A DNA stretch of 63,628 bases, filler included, from Octopus bimaculoides (Eukaryota), in the NCBI RefSeq assembly GCF_001194135.2. It is 6 parts of 5 records of this genome, joined end to end, with 100 filler letters (N's around TTAATTAATTAA, not from the genome) between each part and the next. Parts side by side here need not be neighbours in the genome. Positions count along the whole stretch, not along the records: positions 43,954 to 61,277 come from NC_069010.1; positions 61,378 to 63,628 come from NW_026388470.1; 4 more parts are not named here. The stretch is one strand, 5' to 3'. Positions 51,903-63,628 of the stretch are shown here, piece after piece (the stretch's first letter is position 1; each line of letters begins with the position of its first letter). The position numbers were made by a program, and so were the translations under genes. The notes beneath the pieces were generated by a model. It was given only the letters and a program-made list of their open reading frames with translations, was not told the DNA's origin and made no database searches.

Positions 51903-53682
51903 TGCGTATGTATGTGTGTGTGTATGTATACATGTATGTATATATGTATGCATACATGTAGATAATTCATTACTATCTTCTGTTCTGTTGTTCTTCACCA
52001 TTTCTTTACTGGCAGTCATCACCTACTCAACCACCTCTTCAATCTTGTTCCTCATTCACAACATTCCCCACCACCACTACACCATCACCTCTAGCCATCC
52101 CTCATTCTCTCCACACACTCTTATAACATTTTAACCACTCCCTCTCCCCTCTCTTTCTTGTATTCACCTTCGATGCTCCAGCCTGGCATGTCTCCACAAA
52201 CATGTTTATCTTTCAGCTCCACCCCCAGATCCTCCTACTGGCTTTTTACTAAATGTGAGGTGCACCTTGTAATTCCTCTGCAGTGGGGAGACATTCAAGG
52301 GTTGGTGACAGGAAGAGAACCCAGCTGGGGGGAAATAGAAAATTTGCCTCAAAGGATAACGTTTGACTCAAGTGAGCCGGGGAAATGTGAATCATTTGCC
52401 TATCATCTTTTAATTGCTTCAGTCTTTTGACTGTGGCCATGCTGGGGTACTGCCTGAAGAGCTTAATGAAATAAACCAAGACCAGTTGTCATGTGATGAT
52501 GGATGTACAAACACAAACACATGCACACACATACACACACAAATATATATATATATATATATATGTATGTATATATGTATGTATGTATATGGTGTTCTTT
52601 ACTGATGAAGGAAATATCCTTTTCGGATATCCATTTGACGGATATTTGTCCTCATTTTCTTTGTTGTTAACACAATGTTTTGGCTGATACATACATACAC
52701 ATATATATATATATATATATATACGATGGGCTTCTTTCCGTTTCGGTCTACCAAATCCATTCACAAGGCTTTGGTCGGCCCAAGACTATAGTAGAAGACA
52801 CTTGCCCAAGGTGCCATGCAGTGGGACTGAACCCGGAACCATGTAGTTGGTAAGCAAGCTACTTACCATACAGCCACACCTGCGCTATATATATNNNNNN
52901 NNNNNNNNNNNNNNNNNNNNNNNNNNNNNNNNNNNNNNNNNNNNNNNNNNNNNNNNNNNNNNNNNNNNNNNNNNNNNNNNNNNNNNNNNNNNNNNNNNNN
53001 NNNNNNNNNNNNNNNNNNNNNNNNNNNNNNNNNNNNNNNNNNNNNNNNNNNNNNNNNNNNNNNNNNNNNNNNNNNNNNNNNNNNNNNNNNNNNNNNNNNN
53101 NNNNNNNNNNNNNNNNNNNNNNNNNNNNNNNNNNNNNNNNNNNNNNNNNNNNNNNNNNNNNNNNNNNNNNNNNNNNNNNNNNNNNNNNNNNNNNNNNNNN
53201 NNNNNNNNNNNNNNNNNNNNNNNNNNNNNNNNNNNNNNNNNNNNNNNNNNNNNNNNNNNNNNNNNNNNNNNNNNNNNNNNNNNNNNNNNNNNNNNNNNNN
53301 NNNNNNNNNNNNNNNNNNNNNNNNNNNNNNNNNNNNNNNNNNNNNNNNNNNNNNNNNNNNNNNNNNNNNNNNNNNNNNNNNNNNNNNNNNNNNNNNNNNN
53401 NNNNNNNNNNNNNNNNNNNNNNNNNNNNNNNNNNNNNNNNNNNNNNNNNNNNNNNNNNNNNNNNNNNNNNNNNNNNNNNNNNNNNNNNNNNNNNNNNNNN
53501 NNNNNNNNNNNNNNNNNNNNNNNNNNNNNNNNNNNNNNNNNNNNNNNNNNNNNNNNNNNNNNNNNNNNNNNNNNNNNNNNNNNNNNNNNNNNNNNNNNNN
53601 NNNNNNNNNNNNNNNNNNNNNNNNNNNNNNNNNNNNNNNNNNNNNNNNNNNNNNNNNNNNNNNNNNNNNNNNNNNNNNNNNN

Positions 53683-53726
<44 letters not shown>

Positions 53727-53865
53727 TATACAGAGAAAGACAGCCAGACACAAAGAGAGAGATAGAGAAAGAGACAGAGACAGACAGAAAGAGACAGAGA
53801 CAGACAGAAAGAGACAGAGAGAGGGGGAAACAGACAGACACAGAGAGACAGAGAAAGCAACTGAC

Positions 53866-53979
53866 CTTTTGTCTTCCACATGATGTGCCATCAGCTGGGA
53901 TAATCTTTTGGCAGTGTCCAGAGTTGGTAGAGCACCAAAGGCCAGTACAAAGACCACGATAAGATGACCAATACTTTGA
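53866..53979 (-). CDS. ADAMTS/MIG-17-like gene, exon 6 (disintegrin-like/Cys-rich)
   Basis: 114 nt, phase 0->0, AACTTCAG acceptor, AAG|GTCAGT donor; SKYWSSYRGLCTGLWCSTNSGHCQKIIPADGTSCGRQK. Confidence 0.92.
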
Positions 53980-54049
53980 CTGAAGTTGACAATGGAAAAG
54001 ACAATCATTTACAAAATGGAAATTTTACACACACATATGTCTATATCTA

Positions 54050-54106
<57 letters not shown>

Positions 54107-54393
54107 ATATATATATTTTTATATATGACGTTGACCACTAACGTGGACATATATATATATATATATATATATCTAAGTCTATCCATCTATATCTATCTAT
54201 CTACTTATCTATGTATGTATGTATGTATCTATCTATCTATCAATCAAATTCTCTATCTATCTATCTTTCTATCTATCTACCTACCTACCTATCTAAATCT
54301 ATCTATCTATCTATCTATCTATCTAAATCTATCTATCTATCTATATATATATATATATTTTTATATATGACGTTGACCACTAACGTGGACATA

Positions 54394-54451
<58 letters not shown>

Positions 54452-54562
54452 TCTATCCATCTATATCTATCTCTCTACTTATCTATGTATGTATGTATCT
54501 ATCTATCTATCAATCAAATTCTCTATCTATCTATCTTTCTATCTATCTACCTACCTATCTAA

Positions 54563-54621
<59 letters not shown>

Positions 54622-55637
54622 AAGTCTCTCTGTCTATTTATCTATCTAGCTTGTAATTTTCAGGTGAAACTAGTCTAGCATTGTGATCTAGCTTCACTTA
54701 TGGGGAGGTTATATCTGCTGACAGTATACAAAAATGTGCTTTCTTGTGGCTCTAAGCATTCTAACTCTTATTTCTAGCAATACAGGTCCTCCCTAGCACC
54801 CTCAGTCACAATTATTGACAACTGAATTTTTCCTTTTTGGTTTTACATTGCGTGCAACTGCCTTTGTTATTCTATGTATATATATTCTTTTATTCTTTTA
54901 TTTATTTACTTCTTTTATTCATTTACTTCTTTTAGTCATTTGACTAGAATTTTTAGCTGAATGTATCAAACCTAGTACTTTATTTTCTAAAGCCTGGTAC
55001 TTATTCCATTGGTCTTTTTTGCTGAACTGCTAAGTTACAGAGACATAAACACACCAGCAGCAGAAATTGTCAATCAGTGGTGGGGGACAAACACATACAA
55101 AAAACACACACACACATGCATGCACACATATATATGGTGGGCTTCTGACAGATTACAGAGGCCATACATATAGTAGTAGACAATGAATAACACCCCTTCT
55201 ACCACACTATGCAGCACAATGACTAAAGACAGGATGAGAGAAGGAAAAATAAATAGACACAGATGCAAACAGTATGATATGTTAAAGCATATATACACAC
55301 ACACAAGACACACATGCACAAACTTAAGATGGAATGAGAAAAAATAGAGGAATAAATGGATTTAAAAAATTAAATAAAAGACAGGTACAAACAGTACAGT
55401 AAGCAAACCCAAATACACACACACGAAACACACATACTAAAAACATGTACTCACACACACACACACACACACACAACATTCATACTAAGCACATGCACAT
55501 GCACACACACACTCACAAACAAAACAAAAATACTAAACACATGTACACACACACAAACACATATATACACACACGTTTAAACACATACACAAAAGCACAC
55601 ACACACACACACACATATAGATGAATAATTGACTTAC

Positions 55638-55767
55638 TCGACATACATACGACGTCTCTCCAAAGATGTGTTGACACTGGACATCAGCGTCAAACATTTG
55701 ACCAAGCTGACGGTGTGGCTTTGAACGACGGACGGACGGTGTGTTCTTCAGACAGTTTGAGTTCTCT
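55638..55767 (-). CDS. ADAMTS/MIG-17-like gene, exon 5
   Basis: 130 nt, phase 2->0, TTGCAG acceptor, CGA|GTAAGT donor; (E)ENSNCLKNTPSVRRSKPHRQLGQMFDADVQCQHIFGETSYVCR. Confidence 0.92.
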
Positions 55768-57108
55768 CTGCAATAGTAGTAGTAGAAGTAGTATTAGTAG
55801 TAGTGATGGTGGTGGTGGAGGTAGTAGAGGTGGTGAAGTTGGTGATGGTGGTGGTGGTGGCGGAGAAGGTGGTGGTGGTGGTGGCTGGGGTGGTGATTGT
55901 AATAGTATTAATGAAGGTAATGGTTGTGGTGCTTTTGGTGGTGGTGGTGGTTGTGGTGGTAATTGTAATGGTATTAGTGAAGGTGACGGTTGTGGTGCTT
56001 TTGATGGTGATGGTGGGGTGTTGGTTGTGGTGCTAGTGATGGTTGTGGCGGTGGCTGAGGTGATGGTGGTTGTGGTGTTGGTGGTGGTGGTGGTGATGGT
56101 TTAAGTGGTGGCATGAATGGGGTGGTGGAGGAAAAAAGAGGTCAGAGAAGCAAGTGGAGGAAGAAGAGGAAAGAGGAAAAGAAAACCCAAATGATTGAAC
56201 ATGAAAATCATCATCATCATCATCATCATCCTACCAATCACTGCCATGTATGTTTGTGAGTGTACAGAGAATTAGATAGATAGACAGACAGATAGATTCA
56301 TTGATAGATAGATGATATAGGTTATACACACACACACACACAAACACACATATATTTCGTTTTTGTATTTGGTTTGCAAGATTCTTTATGTGAATTTGTG
56401 TGTTGAATCGTATTTTATTGTGTCTGGGGAGAGTCATTCTCTTTTAGTGTCTACAGAGTATACTGGGTGCTTTTTACATGTATCATCATCATCATCATAA
56501 TCGTTTAACGTCCACCTTCCATGCTGGCATGATTTGGATGGTTTGACAGGAGCCAGCCAGGCAGAAGACTAAACCAGGCTACTGTGTCTGTTTCAGCATG
56601 GTTTTTGTAAAGCTGGATGCCCTTCCCTACACTGACCACCCCACAGAGTGGACTGAGTGCTTGTCAAGAGGGACAAGCACAGGCGAGGTCACTTTTGCCA
56701 TGGTCTTTTACAGTTGGATGCCCTTCCAAATGCCAAGCACTTCACTGTGTGGACTGGATGCATTTTATGTGGCACCAGCACCGGCAGGGTCACCAAGTAA
56801 CCTGCAAGACAAGGAATTTTGAGAAGGGAGGGGGGCATTGGGGGAGGTGATTTTGTATATATATCTATGTGTGTGTCTGTGTGTTGTGTCCCCCACCACT
56901 GCTTGCCAACCATTGTTGTCATGTTTACATCCCCCATAACATAGTGGTTCAGCAAAAGAGACTGATAGAATAAGTACCAGATTAAAATACAAACAGAAGT
57001 AGTGGTGTCAATTCATTCGACTAAAATTGTTGAAGGCAGTGCCCCAGCCTGGCCACGGTCTAATGGCCGGAACAGCTAAAAGGTAGATAACAGAAACATA
57101 GTACTTAC

Positions 57109-57273
57109 TCGTTAAGGCGTTTCAGATTTTGACCGACAGAGTTACTGGAGCAGGAGGAGAAGTTCCACATATTGAGTATAGATCCTTCTGTGAGGGTCAC
57201 ACTTTTTGGCGACATGATGTAGTGGTCTTCTGGCCGACAAGGGTTCGAGTCTCCATCGTGGCGGGCTCCAAGA
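57109..57273 (-). CDS. ADAMTS/MIG-17-like gene, exon 4 (third His, Met-turn)
   Basis: 165 nt, phase 2->2, TTAATGTAG acceptor, GA|GTAAGT donor; (S)LGARHDGDSNPCRPEDHYIMSPKSVTLTEGSILNMWNFSSCSSNSVGQNLKRLN. Confidence 0.93.
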
Positions 57274-58377
57274 CTACATTAAAACATGGCGAAAAAGCAA
57301 AAAATTGCTTTAGGTAATTTTGAAGAACAATCGAAAGGGGTGAAAGATGGCTAAGTCATCCTTGGTGTAATTTGAAATCAGAATAGATAGATATTCGAAT
57401 CGTATTTCTTTTCTTTCTACATTTCACTTCATGCCCCATGTTTGTGTGTGTGTGTGTGTGTGCGTGTGTGTGTGTGTGCATAGAGGGTGCTGAAAAGTTC
57501 CTGGCTTTGCCCTGACATTGTATGAGAGTCATAAATGAGTGTCACTGTCGTACAAGTAGGGTCATTCATTTCCAATCTTCTGCAAAAACATGTCTGGCCA
57601 CATGCAAATATTGGAAACAGAAGTTAGGTGACAGGAAGCGTACCCGGACATAGAAAACCTATCTCAAGAAAACACTGTCCAACTCATACAAGCATGGAAA
57701 AGTGGATGACACATAACATACACACTTTTACTTGTTTCAGTGATTAGACTGTGGCCATGCTGGGGCACCACCTCAAAGAATATTTTTAGTTAAAAGAATC
57801 AATCCCAGTACTTGTCTTTTTTTTTTCACTTTTTAAGCCTTGTATTCATTCTATCGGCCCCTTTTTGCTGAGCCACTAAGTTACATGGACATAAACAGAC
57901 TAACACCTCTTGTCAAGCAGTGACAAGGGGCAAACAGGCACAAAGACACATACATATACATAAGTGCAGGAGTGGCTGTGTGGTGAGGAGCTTGCTTCCC
58001 AGCCACATGGTTCTGGGTTCAGTCCCACTGCATGGCACCTTGGGTGAGTGTCTTTTACTATAGCCACAGGCCACCCAACTTTTGTGAATGGATCTGGTAG
58101 ACGGAAACTGAAAGAAGCCTATCATATATATATATATATATATATATATCTGTGTGGGTGTGTGTGTGTATCTGTGTCTGTGTTTGTCACCCTGCCATTG
58201 CTTGACAATGGATATTGGTGTGGTTATGTCCCTGTAACTTAGCAGTTCAGCAAAAGAGACCGATAGAATAAGAACTAGGCTTACAAAGAATAAGTCCTGG
58301 GGTCGATTTCTTGATGGTGCTCCAGCATGGCTGCAGTCAAATGACTGAAACATGTAAAACAATAAAACGATATACAT

Positions 58378-58424
<47 letters not shown>

Positions 58425-59184
58425 NNNNNNNNNNNNNNNNNNNNNNNNNNNNNNNNNNNNNNNNNNNNNNNNNNNNNNNNNNNNNNNNNNNNNNNNNNNN
58501 NNNNNNNNNNNNNNNNNNNNNNNNNNNNNNNNNNNNNNNNNNNNNNNNNNNNNNNNNNNNNNNNNNNNNNNNNNNNNNNNNNNNNNNNNNNNNNNNNNNN
58601 NNNNNNNNNNNNNNNNNNNNNNNNNNNNNNNNNNNNNNNNNNNNNNNNNNNNNNNNNNNNNNNNNNNNNNNNNNNNNNNNNNNNNNNNNNNNNNNNNNNN
58701 NNNNNNNNNNNNNNNNNNNNNNNNNNNNNNNNNNNNNNNNNNNNNNNNNNNNNNNNNNNNNNNNNNNNNNNNNNNNNNNNNNNATATATATATGGCAGGC
58801 TTCTTTCAGTTTCCGGCTACCAAATACACTTACAAGGTTTTGGTCAGCCCAGAACTGCAGGAGAAGACACTTGCACGAGGTGCCACATAGTGGGACAGAA
58901 TCATGTGGTTGGGAAACAAACTTCTTACCACACAGCCACACTATCCAACTTGGGGAAATATTATCTTGCTTGGAAACAAGTAAATGTATGTGACAGGAAA
59001 AGCATCAGGCCACAAAAAATCTGCTTCAACAAATTTTGGTGATCTATGCAAGCAGTGAAAACTGGATATTAAAATGATGATGATAACTGAAAGTGAAACT
59101 GAAATGTATGTTACTGAAGACAGTTTCTTGAAGATAAAGACGTCATTGAGAATCAAGTAAAATGATAGTAAACATAGGCATTAC

Positions 59185-59290
59185 CTGTGTGCTAACACAT
59201 GTGTTGCTACAGTGATTGTGCTGAAGTCCAACCGTTCCTGGATGATTGATACACTTTCATTGGAGCAAATCTTTGACTGTGGAGAGTATC
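59185..59290 (-). CDS. ADAMTS/MIG-17-like gene, exon 3 (zinc motif HVLAH)
   Basis: 106 nt, phase 1->2, TTTTACTAG acceptor, AG|GTAATG donor; (G)YSPQSKICSNESVSIIQERLDFSTITVATHVLAH; boundaries fall where ADAMTS genes usually have them. Confidence 0.92.
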
Positions 59291-59723
59291 CTAGTAAAAG
59301 AAGTAGATGAGAATGAGAGAGGGACACATATAGAATGGCTTAAAGTGAGTGATGGGAAGGTATGTCAAAGTATCTATGTGTCTGCCTGCCTATCCATTCA
59401 TCCAACCATGTATCTATATATACATACATACATACATATATATATATATATTACAATTGTTTCATTTGAAGTTTTTATTGTGACATATGCATAATACTGT
59501 TAGATTGCATAATATGTTACATAACAGCTAACTCATCAGGCTACCAGATAAAGAAGTCACTGAAGTTACATATATATAATACCACCAATATGCAAACATA
59601 ACTATTCGCTTAAACATATGCGTACATTATCACTGACACATTAATATACCAATATACACACCTCCATCTACAACCTCATATATACTCTCTCCCATACTCT
59701 CACCCACATTTTTAAACACTTAC

Positions 59724-59761
59724 CTCTCAGTTTTTTCTGTCCATTTTCAAACACTTCAAGG
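59724..59761 (-). CDS. ADAMTS/MIG-17-like gene, exon 2
   Basis: 38 nt, phase 2->1, TTTTGTTATTGATAG acceptor, G|GTAAGT donor; (I)LEVFENGQKKLR(G); bridges the phases of its neighbours. Confidence 0.8.
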
Positions 59762-59884
59762 CTATCAATAACAAAATAAGATATAAACATTTTACAGGGT
59801 GTATATATATATAATTTGCATAAAGTGTACAATGATTTTAATACTGGTGTATATCAGTAGCCTATATTTTTCTTGCTTTTAAGT

Positions 59885-60291
59885 TACTCTCTTTACTCTT
59901 TTACTTGTTTCAGTCATTTGACTGTGGCCATGCTGGAGCACTGCCTTTAGTCGAGCAAATCGACCCCAGGACTTATTCTTTGGATTCCTAGTACTTATTC
60001 TATCGGTCTCTTTTGCCGAACCGCTAAGTTACGGGTACGTAAACGCACCAGTATCGGTTGTCAAGCGATGTTGGGGGGGGGGGGACAAATACAGACACAC
60101 ATATATATATATTTATATACATATATACGATGGGCTTCTTTCAGTTTCCGTCTGCCAAATCCACTCATAAGGCTTTGGTCGGCCCGAGGCTATAGTAGAA
60201 GACACTTGCCCAAGGTTCCACGCAGTGGGACTGAACCCTGAACCATGTGGTTGGTAGGCAAGCTACTTACCACACAGCCACTCCTGTGCCT
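59885..60291 (-). mobile_element. SINE family B, full-length gap-free copy
   Basis: All parts present; further copies near 12.7/13.5, 15.0, 42.3, 52.4, 54.9, 57.7, 58.0, 58.8, 60.8 and 63.4 kb. Confidence 0.9.
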
Positions 60292-61082
60292 AAGTTGGGA
60301 ACCTTTTTTCCTAAGGGCATTCATGTTTTATCATAAGATCTTTCATTATTACCAGAATTATCCTGCATTGAGATATGAATATAACAAGGCTATATAATTT
60401 TGTGCTGGTTTATTATTCTATCTCTTGCTGTTTTTATGACTGTGCATTGCATTTCTTAACGGGTTTTACCTAGCAACCAATGAAATCTCAATGTACTGTT
60501 TACCGATCATATTTTGATGTATTTATTGTTATTTCATTCTAAACTATATTACATTAAATCACATGGATTAATTATATAATAATTAATTATCATAATATCA
60601 AAGATTATTAAATAATGCATGGTAACATTGATCAAGATCTGCAATAATATTATTGCCTTAAATATCAAATCATTGAATATTACAAGTGTTTTATAAATAT
60701 ATTGCTATTGATATTATAACATATATATATATAAATATTAAAAGTATTTAAATACTCCATACAACAATAAATATGATGTGAATCTTTCAGGAATAGCCAT
60801 TAAAAATCTTCATCATCATCATCATCATCATCAACATCATTATAGGCACAGGCATGGCTGTGTAGTAAGAAGTTTGCTTCCCAACCACATGGTTCTGGGT
60901 TCAGCCCCACCGTGTGGTACCTTGGGCAACTATAGTTTTGTGCTGACCATTTGAAAGTAGCAAGACTGGTAACAATAAGCAGAGTATAATATCATAAACA
61001 ACAAAAACAATATTAACAGCAATAACATAATAACATTAACAACGACATAAGATATGAAGCAGAAGCAAGGAGTCAGTCGTAC

Positions 61083-61222
61083 ATGGTGAAGAACATAGCA
61101 TGGTCATGTTCTGGAAGATTCCTTCGTTTTGACCAGTGTGTTAGGGCTTTTAGGAACTGATCAGTTTTAATCTCAGGTTTTTGACGTCCATCTTTGTCCA
61201 GCCATAGTCTTGACTTGGGGTC
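61083..61222 (-). CDS. ADAMTS/MIG-17-like gene, exon 1 of those found (metalloprotease domain)
   Basis: 140 nt, phase 0->2, TTCTGTTGCAG acceptor, AT|GTACGA donor; DPKSRLWLDKDGRQKPEIKTDQFLKALTHWSKRRNLPEHDHAMFFT. Upstream exons not found in the window. Confidence 0.88.
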
Positions 61223-61383
61223 CTGCAACAGAATGCAAAAAGGAGCTGATATATATATGACATTGTACTGTGGGAAANNNNNNNNNNNNNNNNNNNNNNN
61301 NNNNNNNNNNNNNNNNNNNNNTTAATTAATTAANNNNNNNNNNNNNNNNNNNNNNNNNNNNNNNNNNNNNNNNNNNNATATAT

Positions 61384-61419
<36 letters not shown>

Positions 61420-61460
61420 GTGTGTGTGTGTGAGTATGCATATATATATATGAATAAATG

Positions 61461-61496
<36 letters not shown>

Positions 61497-61914
61497 TATT
61501 TATATCATATTTTTATGTTCCCATTTCCATGTTTGCATCAGCTCGATGGAATTTGCTGAAGCAAAATTTCTCTAACTGGACATGTTTATGCAGATGTTTG
61601 GAAACCTGTTTGTTTTTATCATGTTCCTGTGTAAGCCTTCCTTATGTCATGACATTTATTATTGTTTTATCTATATTTTTTCATTTTTTCCCTTTTTAAT
61701 TTGTGTGATTGTATGCGCATGTGAGTAAATGTATATTTAAATACATAGTAAATGTGTATGTATGTGTATATGTGTATGCATGTATGAGTGTAAGACTGTA
61801 TCTGGTGCATAAGAGCAACTGATATGCACGTGTCTCCTTCCTTTATATGTATATCTATGTACATACACTTGTATATCTGCGGTTGTACGTGTGTTGATTG
61901 ATAGGAGGGTGTAC

Positions 61915-61962
<48 letters not shown>

Positions 61963-62204
61963 ATGTACCACTATACATATGTACATATATGTATATTCAT
62001 GTATGCGGAGAGTGTGTATATATGCCTGTATGAGGGTGCATATATGTATAGGTTTATGTTTGTGTACGAGTATATTTATGTCTGTAAATGTTTAATATAA
62101 ATGTAGGCATTTATCTATGTGAGGATGAAGTTGTGTATACATATGTACATATATGTGTGTGTGTATATTTATACATATATATGCATATACATGTATATAT
62201 ATGC

Positions 62205-62247
<43 letters not shown>

Positions 62248-62441
62248 CATATATGTATATATATTCACACACACGTGTGTGTATGTATGTATGTATGTAT
62301 GTATGTATGTATATATATATATGTATATATGTATGTATGTGNNNNNNNNNNNNNNNNNNNNNNNNNNNNNNNNNNNNNNNNNNNNNNNNNNNNNNNNNNN
62401 NNNNNNNNNNNNNNNNNNNNNNNNNNCATGTATATATATGC

Positions 62442-62482
<41 letters not shown>

Positions 62483-63098
62483 CATATATGTATATATATT
62501 CACACACACGTGTATGTATGTATGTATGTATGTATGTATGTATGTATATATATATATGTATATATGTATGTATGTGTGTGCGCGTATATATATATTAATC
62601 CCCAAAACAGAATAAGAATGTAACAGACGACAATAAAAACATACAGACTGATAGACGATACAAAGATGGACAGGAAAAACCAGGACAGATCATTCGTGGC
62701 CTTCTCTTCATCAGTCAAGTTTCCAATTATGTTTACAGTTTTGGCCTGTTACACTTGAGACTGTTCAAAATTGGTTGACCCCAAAAATCTAAGCTCAGAG
62801 CATTAAATTTTTGAAAGAAAGTAAGTGAATGTGTATGACAACACAGACACAAAAAAAAACGAGAAAATGGAGAAAATGTTACGTGATTACAAATACAAAC
62901 AACTAGAGACTAAGAACAGGTGTCTTTTGAGTAATAAGGACAAGTTAAGTTGAACTGGCATGTGGAGTGAAAGCCTTGGGCCACAAACATAGATGAAAGA
63001 CAGGAGACAGGAAGATAAGCTGTTCTACACACTTTTCTTATGTATATCTGTATTGACTTTGTCATTCTTTTCCAAATAAATTCCACTTCATATTTGAG

Positions 63099-63176
63099 GT
63101 TCTGATGAAGCTATAAGGTGTTATTCAGGCACTCAACTAAAAGTCCTCTGTAACTAAAAGCAGAAACAGCCGTAAC
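63099..63176 (+). ncRNA. Decayed hammerhead-like motif
   Basis: CUGAUGA-A-GCU...AGC-A-GAAAC-AGCC-GUA; stem I pairs poorly. Confidence 0.35.
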
Positions 63177-63268
63177 GTAATGAAGTACATAAGACAATCA
63201 TTTATTCTTTTGTCATCTCTCTTTCTTATTATCACTCTATAATCAGCCAGCACTTCATCCTGAAACAT

Positions 63269-63336
<68 letters not shown>

Positions 63337-63628
63337 ACACACACACACACACATACATACACACATGCACACACGCACGCATGCATGCACACACATGCAC
63401 ACATATATAATGCAGTTTGGCATAAGAGAGCGATAGAATAAGTATTAGGCTTACAAAAAAATAAGTCCTGGGGTCAATTTGCTCGACTAAAGGCGGTGCT
63501 CCAGCATGGCTGCAGTCAAATGACTGAAACAAGTAAAAGAGTAAAAGATATATACATATATAATTTAGAGAAAAAAAACCACAATTATTGAATTCATCCA
63601 TGAAAATCCACAGTCAGATATAGAAAAA

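Noticed and set aside
62680-62715. Minus-strand CTGATGAAGAG..CACGAATGATCTGTC
   Set aside because: No A15.1 and no stem I pairing.

Overview
AT-rich, microsatellite-dense animal genomic DNA from a gapped draft assembly. The SINE families and TTAATTAATTAA gap spacers suggest an octopus genome; this is inferred, not proven. Host genes, both on the minus strand and both missed by the ORF track: (1) eight spliced, phase-compatible exons (61222->44190, 901 nt, ~300 aa) of an ADAMTS/MIG-17-like reprolysin. Its zinc motif reads HVLAHSLGARHD, so the catalytic Glu is Val, and a Cys-rich module replaces the expected TSP1 repeat. (2) One exon (13348->13221) encoding an MMP pro-domain with a variant cysteine switch, SRCGNLD. 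Mobile DNA dominates the rest: three R4/Dong-like RLE LINE pieces tied to (AAT)n, RTE and Tx1/L1 fragments, a Penelope-like element, MULE, mariner and 8-bp-TSD DNA elements, and many tRNA-derived SINEs. Two non-coding surprises: an orphan R2-type 3' end fused to 28S rDNA exactly at the R2 site (TAGCCAAATGCC), and about eight Penelope-type hammerhead motifs. These include three fold-back elements with divergent hammerhead copies and two non-canonical cores (G3-C8 swap; A6U). All translations and folds were done by eye, with no database searches.
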